This document shows positions 1 through 10,042 of a stretch of 64,000 bases of DNA, one piece after another. The first letter of the stretch is position 1; every line of letters starts with the position of its first letter. The stretch covers positions 138,353-202,352 of the forward strand of contig JAHLWS010000070.1 of assembly GCA_019057795.1 (NCBI GenBank), given 5' to 3'. The notes beneath the pieces are model-generated. The model made no database searches and was not told the DNA's origin. It saw nothing but the letters and a program-made list of their open reading frames with translations. This DNA is from Promethearchaeota archaeon. GTDB lineage: Archaea; Asgardarchaeota; Lokiarchaeia; Sigyniarchaeales; SOKP01. The position numbers and the translations under genes were made by a program.

Positions 1-74
1 ATCTTCCTTTTTACAAACATATTAAATATTAATAACTTTATTTTTATGTAAATAGTTGTAGTAATTAATTTAAA

Positions 75-566
75 ATGGAAAACAAACTATTCTTTGCTTT
101 AAGAAAAGTAAAGGCTATTTCTGATTACCAATTTGGACAAACAGTAACAAATATTCTATTTGAAAATGATAATAATATCCATATTGAATTTTCTAAAAAG
201 ACGGATAAAATAAAGCATATATATTACGATGAGAAACTTTTGCTAAATTTGAGACCAACTAATGGATTCTTTACATTAAGTTTATTTGCAGCTAATAAAA
301 TAATTAAAAACATTTCAACACCGAGATTGAGAGCAGTCGTGTTGAATGACATATCTGACTTTATTAAAAAAGGTCGTAACGTGTTTTGTAAACATGTTTT
401 GGATATAGACGATAATTTAAGACCCTTAGATGAGATTATTGTTGTTAATCAAAAGAATAACCTTTTAGCAATTGGAAAACTAGCGATCCCCATCCCTTAT
501 GTTCGAAGTTTTAAAACTGGAATCGCAATAAAAGTTCGGAAAGGAATCGATAAATCAAAATTATAA
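75..566 (+). CDS. PUA-domain RNA-binding protein (resembles the C-terminal region of archaeosine TGT, stand-alone)
   Basis: DYQFG motif, then PUA signature 'GRNVFCKHV...LRPLDEIIVVN...LLAIG...KTGIAIKVRKG'. Confidence 0.85.
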   Translation: MENKLFFALRKVKAISDYQFGQTVTNILFENDNNIHIEFSKKTDKIKHIYYDEKLLLNLRPTNGFFTLSLFAANKIIKNISTPRLRAVVLNDISDFIKKGRNVFCKHVLDIDDNLRPLDEIIVVNQKNNLLAIGKLAIPIPYVRSFKTGIAIKVRKGIDKSKL

Positions 567-616
567 GCCTTAATAAATTTTAATAATATATATAGTTAGG
601 AGTTATTGAGAAAAAA

Positions 617-1096
617 ATGGTAAAATTACCAAAAGAGATGCAAAAAAGAGAAAACAGCAAACCTAAGCGCCCTCAAGCAACAAAAAAGAGAGAAGGGCAA
701 CAAATTGCTTCAAGACAAATGCGTCGCCGAATGCAACAGCAAGGAGTTGAAATGGATCAAATTAACGCTACTCGAGTAATAATAGAAGGAGTAGAAAAGA
801 CGCTCATAATTGATCAACCAGAGGTTGTTTTATTGAAGCAAATGGGACAAGAAATCTATCAAATAATTGGTGAAGCACAAGAGTATTCTCCAGGGGATAT
901 TTTAATTGGAGAAAAGGAAGATGTTGAGACTACGGAACTTGTTGAAGAATCTGAAACAAAACCAATTATTACTGAAAATGATATAATGCTAGTAGCAGCT
1001 CAAGCAAATGTCAATAAAGAAGAGGCGAACGCAGCATTAATTGATAGTGAAGGAGATATAGCAAAAGCTATTTTATTTCTGAAAAATAGACCTTAA
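617..1096 (+). CDS. nac: Nascent polypeptide-associated complex protein (aNAC)
   Basis: 'RQMRRRMQQQG' NAC-domain start, YQIIG, C-terminal UBA-like 'DIMLVAAQANV...GDIAKAIL'. Confidence 0.92.
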   Translation: MVKLPKEMQKRENSKPKRPQATKKREGQQIASRQMRRRMQQQGVEMDQINATRVIIEGVEKTLIIDQPEVVLLKQMGQEIYQIIGEAQEYSPGDILIGEKEDVETTELVEESETKPIITENDIMLVAAQANVNKEEANAALIDSEGDIAKAILFLKNRP

Positions 1097-1181
1097 TTTA
1101 CTATCAAATAAAATTAGTAAAAAAAAAGAATTAAGAATCATAAATCATTCACTATTTTATAAACAATTTGGTAAGAATTAT

Positions 1182-1535
1182 ATGTCAAAAGTAAAGAAAA
1201 AACCTACTGGGCTACATGGAGGCTTATCCGAAGAAGAAGTAAAATTCGAAAAAATTATGCAATTTTCAGGTTGGATATTTTTAATCGCTCTAATTTTAGT
1301 AATGGGGGCGTTGATTATTTTCGATTCTGTATTAGGGTTAATTGAATTAGAATTAAATGCATCAACATTTACGTTAATTATTTTTTTCGGGACTAATTCT
1401 GCAATTAGTTTTGGATTAGCTACAAGAATTAAAAAAAATAGAGATCAAAAGAAGAAATTGTACTTTGATTGGTTAAAAGGCGAATTTCTATTTGGCATAA
1501 TTGCTATTTTTGCTGTAGCTGTTTACCAATGGTAA
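1182..1535 (+). CDS. Small membrane protein (about 3 TM), unknown function
   Basis: ATG ORF with three hydrophobic segments. Confidence 0.7.
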   Translation: MSKVKKKPTGLHGGLSEEEVKFEKIMQFSGWIFLIALILVMGALIIFDSVLGLIELELNASTFTLIIFFGTNSAISFGLATRIKKNRDQKKKLYFDWLKGEFLFGIIAIFAVAVYQW

Positions 1536-1569
1536 TCATTTTTTATTACATTTCGATTACCAACTATAT

Positions 1570-1899
1570 TTATTTATAATCTTCTCTTGCTGGACTAAAT
1601 ACATCTATAACATCCGTATCTTCCAAAATTATCGCCCCGTGTTTTTCGTTAGAATCAAAAACATAACTATCTCCTTCTTTTGCTATAAATTCTTCATTTT
1701 CAGTAATAAATTTTAATTTGCCCTTTAACACATATCCAATTTGATGTTCTTTATGTGAATGTAAGGGAATTTGTGAGCCCTTAATTAGATTAAAATGGCA
1801 TAACATCATATTCTTGTTATAGGCTAAAGTTTTTCTATATATTCCGTGTAAATTTTCTACTGAATCAACAGAATTTTTGCTTACGAGGTTTTTTCTCAT
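1570..1899 (-). CDS. Cupin-domain protein
   Basis: 'PLHSHKEHQIGYVLKG' and 'GDSY...NEKHG', ending 'DVFSPAREDY'. Confidence 0.9.
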   Translation of the reverse strand: MRKNLVSKNSVDSVENLHGIYRKTLAYNKNMMLCHFNLIKGSQIPLHSHKEHQIGYVLKGKLKFITENEEFIAKEGDSYVFDSNEKHGAIILEDTDVIDVFSPAREDYK

Positions 1900-2323
1900 C
1901 TAAATAACACTTTTAATTTGATTTCATCGATTTTTTATTTAAATATACTCATAGTCTTTAATTTTTAAATTTTATATATTCAATTGAAAATTACAAAATC
2001 AGTAAAGACGACATTAATTTATTTAAGGATAAAATAACGAGATTAAATATGGTTCTTTCGAATTTTTCTGAAAAAGTATGGTGTTTTCTGCGGTTTAGTT
2101 AACTGGTGTTTTAAATTTCAAATCAAGAGTTAATAAATTAAGTTTATATTAGAAAAAAAAATACATTTTTATATCAAAAGAGGTAAAATATAAACGATAA
2201 CAAATAATTATTAAGGGTATTGTTTCAGTTCATGGTGCCGACAAAAACATTTAGTTTTTAACCTGATAGTATACCTTTATCTCTTATTAGAATATTATAA
2301 ATTAAAATTTGTGATGGATTGCT

Positions 2324-4453
2324 ATGGTCTTGATTCCAAAATCTGAAACAACTGTTGTTAATAAAGGTTTAAGAAGTGGTTTTTTAAAAAATTTATTACC
2401 AAGAGTTTCCCGAACTGAAGGTGATGTAGTCCCTTTTGATCCTCTAAAAATAAAACAGAGTATTGTTAAAGAAACAGGGTTAAACGATAAAGTCGCTGAT
2501 AGCATTACTGAATTAGCGGTTAGAAGAATTATATCCTCCGGTATAATGTTTCTTTCTGGTCCACACATTAGGGAAATAGTCTGTTCAATATTATCTGAAC
2601 AACATTTTGAAGATGAACGAAAGCTATATACCAGAATAGGTATGCCGTTGATGGATTACGAAGCAATTTTAGAGAAGGGTGTGAATGAAAATGCTAATCA
2701 AGATATGAATCCTGAGAGCATCCATCATTGGGCTGCTAATAGAATATCTGACGAATATGCACTTTTAAGAATTTTAGATTCAGAAGAAGCACACGCTCAT
2801 CTATATGGAGATATTCATGTACATATGCTCAGGTATTTTGATTTACGGCCTTTCTGCCAAGAATGGGACCCTCGTATGATTCTTGAGCATGGTCTTCCCC
2901 CTGTCGATAGTTGGGCTCATTGTAGCAAATCTGGTCCTGCAGGAAGTTTGCGAGTAGCTGTGACTCATCTTGCTAAATGGCTTGGGATTATTCAGGGCGA
3001 ATTTAGTGGAGGACAGGGATATGATTATATAACCACTTTTTTAGCACCATATGCTCGGGGCATTTCTAATAGAGAGATTGAGCAATCAATGCAATGCTTA
3101 ATTTTTGAAACAAATCAAATTTTTGCTGCTCGGGGAGGACAGGTACCATTTACATCAATATCGTGTACCCCAACTATACCTGATGGTTTATTAAATATTC
3201 CTGCTATTGGCCCTCATGGAAAAAATATTGGGATATATGGAGATTATAGAGAAGAATGTCTTAAACTTTTTGATGCTTTAACAGAAGTTTATATACAAGG
3301 AGATTATAACGGAAAACTATTTGCATTTCCAAAACATGAGGTAAAAATAAAAAAAGAGTGGCTTAAAGAATTCGAACCATCTTACATTAAAATAATGGAA
3401 GAAGTAGCTACGATGGGGACTCCATATTTTCTAAACATGTGCCCAGATTGGATGCCAGACGAAATTCATAGTCAATGTTGTAGAAAATTTCTAAGTGGCA
3501 ATCAAATTATAAGTCAATGTATTGTAGATCCTGAAAAAAGGAAAAACTTCAACATATGGGAAAATTACGTTACCATTGGCTCACTTCAAAGTGTTAGTCT
3601 AAATTTACCTAGATATGCATATATGTCCAACAATGAAGACGATTACATTAGGATTTTAGGGGAAAAAATGGAGCTTTCAGCTAGAATCCTAAAAAAAAAA
3701 TGGGATTTAATGGAAAGGCGATTAAAAACAGGGCATCTACCCTTATGTAGTGGCAAAATTAATGGTGACCCAATTTTTAAATTGCGAGAGCAAAATCTTT
3801 CAATAGGTTTTACTGGCCTGAATGAAGCCGTAAAAAGTATGAGCGGCTTTGAATTGCATGAAAATGATACGGCATATAACCTCGGAAGAAGAATATTAGA
3901 ATACATGGTTGCTAAGTGTAATACCATGACAGAAAGAGATGGGATTTCCTATTCACTTTGGGAACAGCCCTCAGAATCCAGTTCTGGGCGCTTTGCTAAA
4001 TTAGATTTGAAACATTTCCCAAAGAAAGCCATACCTCAGTCATCAGGTAAATCTGCTTATTATACAAACTCAGGTCATTTTCGGTATGATGCAGATATAC
4101 CGTTATCTGAAAGAATTCGAAAACAGGGAGATTATCATCCTATTGTAAATGGAGGAGTAATTACACACATTTGGTTAGGAGAACAAAAACCGGACATTCA
4201 TGCTCTTTGGGAACTCACGAAAAATATTTGTCTTAATACAAATACTGCATATTTTGCATATACTACAGATTTTATATATTGTCCATCCTGTCGTAAGATG
4301 TATCGAGGAAGTCAATTTACGTGTCCTCAATGTTATTCTGAAGATGTGAAAGTATATTCAAGAGTTACGGGATATTACAGTGAAGTAAATAGATATAATT
4401 TAGGAAAAAGAGCAGAATGGGAAGCAAGAAAACGAGAAAATTTATTTATATAA
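2324..4453 (+). CDS. nrdD: Anaerobic (class III) ribonucleoside-triphosphate reductase with N-terminal ATP cone
   Basis: ATP cone (VVPFDPLKIK), 'AHLYGDIHVH', 'FSGGQG', CCR catalytic finger, CPSC/CPQC Zn site, glycyl-radical loop 'SRVTGYY'. Confidence 0.95.
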   Translation: MVLIPKSETTVVNKGLRSGFLKNLLPRVSRTEGDVVPFDPLKIKQSIVKETGLNDKVADSITELAVRRIISSGIMFLSGPHIREIVCSILSEQHFEDERKLYTRIGMPLMDYEAILEKGVNENANQDMNPESIHHWAANRISDEYALLRILDSEEAHAHLYGDIHVHMLRYFDLRPFCQEWDPRMILEHGLPPVDSWAHCSKSGPAGSLRVAVTHLAKWLGIIQGEFSGGQGYDYITTFLAPYARGISNREIEQSMQCLIFETNQIFAARGGQVPFTSISCTPTIPDGLLNIPAIGPHGKNIGIYGDYREECLKLFDALTEVYIQGDYNGKLFAFPKHEVKIKKEWLKEFEPSYIKIMEEVATMGTPYFLNMCPDWMPDEIHSQCCRKFLSGNQIISQCIVDPEKRKNFNIWENYVTIGSLQSVSLNLPRYAYMSNNEDDYIRILGEKMELSARILKKKWDLMERRLKTGHLPLCSGKINGDPIFKLREQNLSIGFTGLNEAVKSMSGFELHENDTAYNLGRRILEYMVAKCNTMTERDGISYSLWEQPSESSSGRFAKLDLKHFPKKAIPQSSGKSAYYTNSGHFRYDADIPLSERIRKQGDYHPIVNGGVITHIWLGEQKPDIHALWELTKNICLNTNTAYFAYTTDFIYCPSCRKMYRGSQFTCPQCYSEDVKVYSRVTGYYSEVNRYNLGKRAEWEARKRENLFI

Positions 4454-4499
4454 TTTTTCTTTTTTAATTTCTTAAATATTTTTGAATCTTACTAAATAT

Positions 4500-4817
4500 A
4501 TGAACAAAAAATTATCGCTTAAAGAATTTCAACAACAAATTGACGAGTGGATTCTCAATCACGGTGGTTATTGGCCTCCTCTTTCTATGCTCGGTGCAAT
4601 TATAGAAGAAGTAGGAGAATTAGCAAAAGAAATCAACCATCTTGAAGGGTTCAAACCAAAGAAGTCTGACGACGCAAAATTAGATATTGGTGAAGAGCTC
4701 GCAGATGTCATTTTTGCGACAATCTGTGTTGCTAACCATTACAAAGTAAATATGAATTGGGAATTAGCTAAGGTTATTGAAAAATATGCAACAAGAGATT
4801 CAAAGAGATTTTTATAA
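4500..4817 (+). CDS. MazG-like (YpjD-type) NTP pyrophosphohydrolase
   Basis: 'GGYWPPLSML..IIEEVGELA', 'EELADV', 'KYATRD'; ATG at 4500 preferred over TTG at 4482. Confidence 0.9.
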   Translation: MNKKLSLKEFQQQIDEWILNHGGYWPPLSMLGAIIEEVGELAKEINHLEGFKPKKSDDAKLDIGEELADVIFATICVANHYKVNMNWELAKVIEKYATRDSKRFL

Positions 4818-4955
4818 TAAAAAAGAAGAGCACAAATTTTTAAACAATTTTATTGAGAAAACTCTTTCAATTTGAAAAATTTTAATCCTTTTATGCGTTT
4901 TATTTTTTTAAAACATCGGTAATGATAATAATAACTATTAATTTATAATAAAAAG

Positions 4956-6131
4956 ATGCTAGAAGAAGGATTAGAGAAACAAGAAATACTCAAATTACTT
5001 GAGAAAAAGTTAGAGAAAGATCTTTCGTACGATTCAGGCTTTATTTTAGGGTCTATGTGCACAGAACCTTTAGATTTCGCTAAGGAAATTTATATTAAAT
5101 ATATTTCTAAAAATTTAGGAGATCCCGGATTATTTTTAGGGACTGCAACCTTAGAAGACGAATTAGTACTTGAAATTGGTGAGTTATTTGGAAATAAAGA
5201 TATAATCGGAACATTTACTACTGGGGGTTCAGAAGCTAATTTAATCGCCATGAGGATTGCTAAAAAATTACGACCTGAAATAAAAAATCCCGAAGTTGTA
5301 GTTTCGACTTCAGCTCATATTTCTTTCGATAAAGCAGCCGATATATTGGACATTAAACTTAGGAAGGTACAATTAAGAGAGAATTTTGAATTAGATTTAA
5401 ACCATTTCGAATCTCTTATCAATAAAAATACTTGCGGAGTTGTTGGAATTGCAGGTACAACCTCGTTAGGTTTAATTGACCCAATCGAAGATATGGGTAA
5501 AATTATCGAAGGAGAGAATATTTTCTATCATATTGATGCCGCTTTTGGGGGATTTGTGTTACCATTTCTAAAAAAACTAAAGTATAAAATTCCTCCATGG
5601 GATTTCTCAGTAAAGCCTGTAAGTTCAATTACAGCGGATCCCCATAAAATGGGTTTAGGTGTAATACCTTCCGGGGGATATTTCGTTAAAGATGCGTCTA
5701 TATTACAAAAAATTGGTTTTGAGATTCCTTATTTAGCAGGAGGAAATTTTAAGCACTTTCATATGGTTGGAACTAGACCAGGAGGTCCAATTATCGCATT
5801 TTGGGTAATTTTGAGAGCTTTAGGTATTAACGGTTTTATTGAGATGGTAAAAAAATGTATGGATAATACTAAATATTTAGTAAAAAGAATATCTGAAATT
5901 AATGGGATAACATTAGCGGCTAACCCCGTTATGAACGTAGTAGGGATAACAACAGAGAATGGAGAAAGTATATGTGAAATTGATGATGCATTACGTAATA
6001 ATAAGTGGATGTTAGGTAAATTTATAGATTTTAATTTAATTAGAGTTGTTCTAATGCCACATGTAAAAAGAGACCATATATCTAATTTTACTTCTGATTT
6101 AGAAAAAATAGTAAAAAAACTAAATTTATAA
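4956..6131 (+). CDS. mfnA: PLP-dependent tyrosine/aspartate decarboxylase (MfnA family)
   Basis: 'LGSMCTEP', 'NLGDPGLF', 'GGSEAN', 'HIDAAFGG', PLP Lys in 'DPHKMG'. Confidence 0.92.
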   Translation: MLEEGLEKQEILKLLEKKLEKDLSYDSGFILGSMCTEPLDFAKEIYIKYISKNLGDPGLFLGTATLEDELVLEIGELFGNKDIIGTFTTGGSEANLIAMRIAKKLRPEIKNPEVVVSTSAHISFDKAADILDIKLRKVQLRENFELDLNHFESLINKNTCGVVGIAGTTSLGLIDPIEDMGKIIEGENIFYHIDAAFGGFVLPFLKKLKYKIPPWDFSVKPVSSITADPHKMGLGVIPSGGYFVKDASILQKIGFEIPYLAGGNFKHFHMVGTRPGGPIIAFWVILRALGINGFIEMVKKCMDNTKYLVKRISEINGITLAANPVMNVVGITTENGESICEIDDALRNNKWMLGKFIDFNLIRVVLMPHVKRDHISNFTSDLEKIVKKLNL

Positions 6132-6252
6132 TAAATTTAGTTAAATAAAAATTTTATAATATCCATCAGAAATATATTTATAAACCAAAAAGTAATTTAA
6201 TAATTTATATAGATTTATTAGGGTTTAATCTCTCTTAAGAAATGAAATAGGA

Positions 6253-7125
6253 ATGGGAAAAGAAAAAAAAAAATCACTTGGAATAAAGACAACAAGATAT
6301 TTTACTAAAACTTGTACTAAATGTAAGTTTGAATACCCAAATTGGTTTACGAATTGCCCTAAATGTGGTGCTGCTTGGGATTCTGTAGAAGCAGAAAAGA
6401 CTACTGGTGCAAAGGAGGCGCTAAAGAAAACAATAAAAATTGTTGTTAAAATAACAGAAGAAGATTTTAATAATACATTAGAGAGAGTTAAATTAATTTT
6501 TAGCGCTGATCAAGGCCGATCTTGGTATCAAATGGAAATGGAGAACCAATTGGACTTTTTTATAGCAGAAATCACTGATGTTCCTGTTGGATCTGTTATT
6601 ATTTATTACATTGAAGTTATATTAATTCATGGTGAGCAAGTTATTGAAAATAATGAGGGCAATTATTTTCATTATAAAGTTGGCGTACCTATCGAAGATT
6701 TAGAAAAAGATCAACAAATTTCTAAAGGAAAAATCGTAAATCATGCGAAAAAACAACTAAATAAAGCTGTAAATGAATATAACGAGGTTTTAGAAGATTT
6801 TACTATAGCGAAAACACAAAACACAAATGATTTAGTCCAAAAACCACCGAAACCACAACCTGAATATTTTAAACCTAAATCAGAATCGAATGCAAATTCA
6901 AAAAAGGAAATGATTGACAACTCAACTGGAATCTCTCAAATTTTTATTAATAAACCTAGTATGCAACCATCTCAGCATCCAAAAGAATATAGAGCTGAAG
7001 ATAATATTACTATCTTTGGAAAACTTCAGACTAAAATTGATCCAGATTTAAAAATATGTCCTCATTGTAATTCTAGAATCAAAATAATATGGAGCACATG
7101 CCCCATCTGTGGTAAGAATCTTTAA
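6253..7125 (+). CDS. Hypothetical protein with N- and C-terminal zinc ribbons, a central beta-rich domain and a low-complexity linker
   Basis: CTKC..CPKC at the N-terminus and CPHC..CPIC at the C-terminus. Confidence 0.8.
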   Translation: MGKEKKKSLGIKTTRYFTKTCTKCKFEYPNWFTNCPKCGAAWDSVEAEKTTGAKEALKKTIKIVVKITEEDFNNTLERVKLIFSADQGRSWYQMEMENQLDFFIAEITDVPVGSVIIYYIEVILIHGEQVIENNEGNYFHYKVGVPIEDLEKDQQISKGKIVNHAKKQLNKAVNEYNEVLEDFTIAKTQNTNDLVQKPPKPQPEYFKPKSESNANSKKEMIDNSTGISQIFINKPSMQPSQHPKEYRAEDNITIFGKLQTKIDPDLKICPHCNSRIKIIWSTCPICGKNL

Positions 7126-7151
7126 AATATTATTTTAAAATTAAATAAAAA

Positions 7152-8915
7152 TTACAATTTACTACCACACTTATTACAAAACGCATAATCAGAGGATAAA
7201 ATTGCCCCACATTGTTCGCAAACTAAGAGATCTTTAGATTTTGGCTCTTTTTTCTCTTCTTGAACAGTTTGGGTAGAAGTAATAGTTGTAAACTTACTAT
7301 GTTCGCTTTCAATATCCGCAACATTAGGGATTATTCTCAGTTTAGATTTTTCTTCTTCTTCAGATTTTTTGGTTGCACTAAATAGTATGAAGGGAGTACT
7401 TTGATCAATAGAATTTTCTTCAAATTTTTGAGTGAGTGTTTGAAATAGTGAACTTGCTTCAGGTGTCGTGTCTAAAGGAGGAGTGGGAGGGATTGATTTT
7501 GAAGTTTTATGTTCAATTTGTTTTTCTTTCTTTTCCTTCTTTTCTTTCTTTAATGTTTTCATATCCTCAAGTAATTTTTCTTGCTTCTCCCGAGCTTCGA
7601 GGATTTTCTTTTCTTTTTCTTGTTTCTTTTTTTCTTTAGCAAGTTTTTTCATATCTTTTTTAGATAAAATAGTTTGAGGCATATAATCGATTAGTGATTC
7701 TGAAGAGGGTTGAGTAAGTGAAGTTTGAAAAAGTGGAGTTACGCTTGTTGGTTCTGCTTTTGATTCCGGAGTAGGCTCAAATGTCATAGAAGCAGGTTGA
7801 GGTTTGGGTGGTTCCTCTCTTTTCATTACGCGAAATGGTGTCTGAGTTGAAGGAACTACTTCCGATTTTTCAGATTTAATTGTTTGAAATTCCTTGGGTG
7901 GAGTTGCCGGCACTGGAATATTTGACGAAAATGGTATTGTTTGGGGTTTATAAACTTCACTTTCAACAGTTGAGGATTCTGGAAATATTGAAGGAAGTAT
8001 TTCAGGTTCTGATTTCTCAGTTTTTTGAAGCAAAATTTCATCAGGCGTTTTAAATTCAATTTCTGTTGGTTCGGGCATTGATATTTCTGGTTCTGGTTGA
8101 GGTTCAAATGTTGGAAAAGGTTCGGGAACGGGGGGCGCCTCATATTCAACCTCTGGTTCTGATTCGAAGGATGACATTTGTTCTGTCGATTTTATAGAGG
8201 GGGGTTCTGGAACAGGTGGAGCCTCAAATTCAATTTCAGGCTCGGGTTTAAAAGATTGTATTGGCTCAGGAACGGGTGGTGCTAAATATGCGTCTGTAGG
8301 TTCAGAAGGAGTTTCGCTAGGCGGAGGTGAGGGGGCGTCTCCTGGTGTAAAGACAGTTGCATTGGCGAGAAATTGTTCAGGTACACCTTGTCCTATCATT
8401 AGACAAGCAAGAATATAAAAACAATCTCCAACTCCATCACCTGTTTTAGCTGAAGTCTCCATATAATACAAGTTAAAATCTCTTGTAAACTTACTAATTT
8501 CTTCAATTGAAACTGCTCTTTGATCAATCAAATCACTCTTATTCCCAACAAGTAATATAGGGATGTCAGTTTTGATATTAGCTCTAACTTCTTCAATCCA
8601 TTGAGGTAAATGTTCAAAACTTGCAGAATTAGTAAGATCAAAAACTAATACCGTACCTAATGAACCTCGATAATACATTGGTCTTATGGAACTAAAACGT
8701 TCTTGACCGCCTGTATCCCAAAGTTGAAGTTTACACTTAATAAGCCCTTCCGCCGTCTCTATTGCTATTGTTTTGACATGAAAATCAACACCAATCGTCA
8801 TCTTGTAATCTTCTGTAAAGAATCCCTTTGAAAATCGAAGAGTTAGAGCAGTTTTACCAACTCCACCATCTCCTACCACGATTGATTTAAAAAGATAATC
8901 ATACTCTTCAACCAT
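7152..8915 (-). CDS. Rab-like small GTPase with long Pro/Glu-rich tail, Lys/Glu-rich helix and C-terminal zinc ribbon
   Basis: GDGGVGKT, WDTGGQ, NKSD, ETSAK; RabF motifs IGVDF/KLQLW/RFSSI/YYRGS/LVFDLT; CEQC..CNKC at the end. Confidence 0.93.
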   Translation of the reverse strand: MVEEYDYLFKSIVVGDGGVGKTALTLRFSKGFFTEDYKMTIGVDFHVKTIAIETAEGLIKCKLQLWDTGGQERFSSIRPMYYRGSLGTVLVFDLTNSASFEHLPQWIEEVRANIKTDIPILLVGNKSDLIDQRAVSIEEISKFTRDFNLYYMETSAKTGDGVGDCFYILACLMIGQGVPEQFLANATVFTPGDAPSPPPSETPSEPTDAYLAPPVPEPIQSFKPEPEIEFEAPPVPEPPSIKSTEQMSSFESEPEVEYEAPPVPEPFPTFEPQPEPEISMPEPTEIEFKTPDEILLQKTEKSEPEILPSIFPESSTVESEVYKPQTIPFSSNIPVPATPPKEFQTIKSEKSEVVPSTQTPFRVMKREEPPKPQPASMTFEPTPESKAEPTSVTPLFQTSLTQPSSESLIDYMPQTILSKKDMKKLAKEKKKQEKEKKILEAREKQEKLLEDMKTLKKEKKEKKEKQIEHKTSKSIPPTPPLDTTPEASSLFQTLTQKFEENSIDQSTPFILFSATKKSEEEEKSKLRIIPNVADIESEHSKFTTITSTQTVQEEKKEPKSKDLLVCEQCGAILSSDYAFCNKCGSKL

Positions 8916-9154
8916 ATCAGTCTACCATAACTATAATTAATAATTATTTCTTTATCCTATTGTTATTTATTCAAATTTCAGTGTATTATTATAATTAATA
9001 AAAATTTAATTAATTATACTTTTGGAAAAATTTCAAATATTCAGTTAAATTTACTATAGAATTAGTGTTGGTTAATAGATTGATCTGAATAAGGATTTAT
9101 TAGATATAATATTCTAAACATAAAAAATTAGGTATTTACCTAAAAAATAAATAA

Positions 9155-10042
9155 TTATTCCTGTATTTTATTAGATTCTTCTTCGATTTCAACACTTTCA
9201 AACCATTTATTAATCTCATCCAAGTTTTGCTGCGGAAAGTCGTAAGAGTGTTCTATATCGGGGTATAATCCCTTTTCTACCTCATTTTTATAACTTTCTA
9301 AAGCATTTCGGACTGAGCTTCCAATATCAGCAAAGTATTTGAGAAATTTTGGCTTAAAGTCAGTAAAAAGCCCTAACATATCATTTATAACTAAGATTTG
9401 ACCATCACAATAAGACCCCGCACCAATACCAATAGTAGGGACATTCACAGTTTTTGTTATTAATTTGGCAATTTGCCAAGGAATGCTCTCTAACACTATA
9501 GAAAAAACACCCGTTTTTTCTAAATTTTTAGCATCAATTATTAACTTTTTTGCGGTTTCTACTGTTTTTCCTTGAACTAAGAAACCGCCAAATTCATATA
9601 TAGCTTGAGGAGTAAGCCCAATATGCCCCATCACTTGTATATCTGCATCAATAATTGCTTTTATCGTAGGACAAATCTTTGTTCCGCCCTCAACTTTGAC
9701 GGCTTCAGCGCCACCTTCTTGAATAAACCTTCCAGCGTTTTTCACAGCTTCTATAATATCAATCTTATACGATAAAAAAGGCATATCCGCAACTATCATA
9801 GCATTCGAAACTCCACGTGCCACTGCTTTAGTATGGTGAATCATTTCGTCCATCGTAACTGATAATGTATTCTTATACCCAAGCACTACCATGGAAAGAG
9901 AATCGCCTACGAGAATTAAGTCAATTCCGCAATCATCAACGATTTTGGCAAATGAATAATCATATGATGTAATAGTTACTATTTTTTCCCCGCTTTTTTT
10001 TTTTTCAATTATTTTTTTAGCAGTTATTTTTTGTAGCGCCAT
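9155..10042 (-). CDS. panB: 3-methyl-2-oxobutanoate hydroxymethyltransferase
   Basis: 'ILVGDSL', 'VADMPF', 'VKVEGG', 'MGHIGLTPQ', 'IGIGAG..CDGQILV'; ATG at 10042 preferred. Confidence 0.96.
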   Translation of the reverse strand: MALQKITAKKIIEKKKSGEKIVTITSYDYSFAKIVDDCGIDLILVGDSLSMVVLGYKNTLSVTMDEMIHHTKAVARGVSNAMIVADMPFLSYKIDIIEAVKNAGRFIQEGGAEAVKVEGGTKICPTIKAIIDADIQVMGHIGLTPQAIYEFGGFLVQGKTVETAKKLIIDAKNLEKTGVFSIVLESIPWQIAKLITKTVNVPTIGIGAGSYCDGQILVINDMLGLFTDFKPKFLKYFADIGSSVRNALESYKNEVEKGLYPDIEHSYDFPQQNLDEINKWFESVEIEEESNKIQE

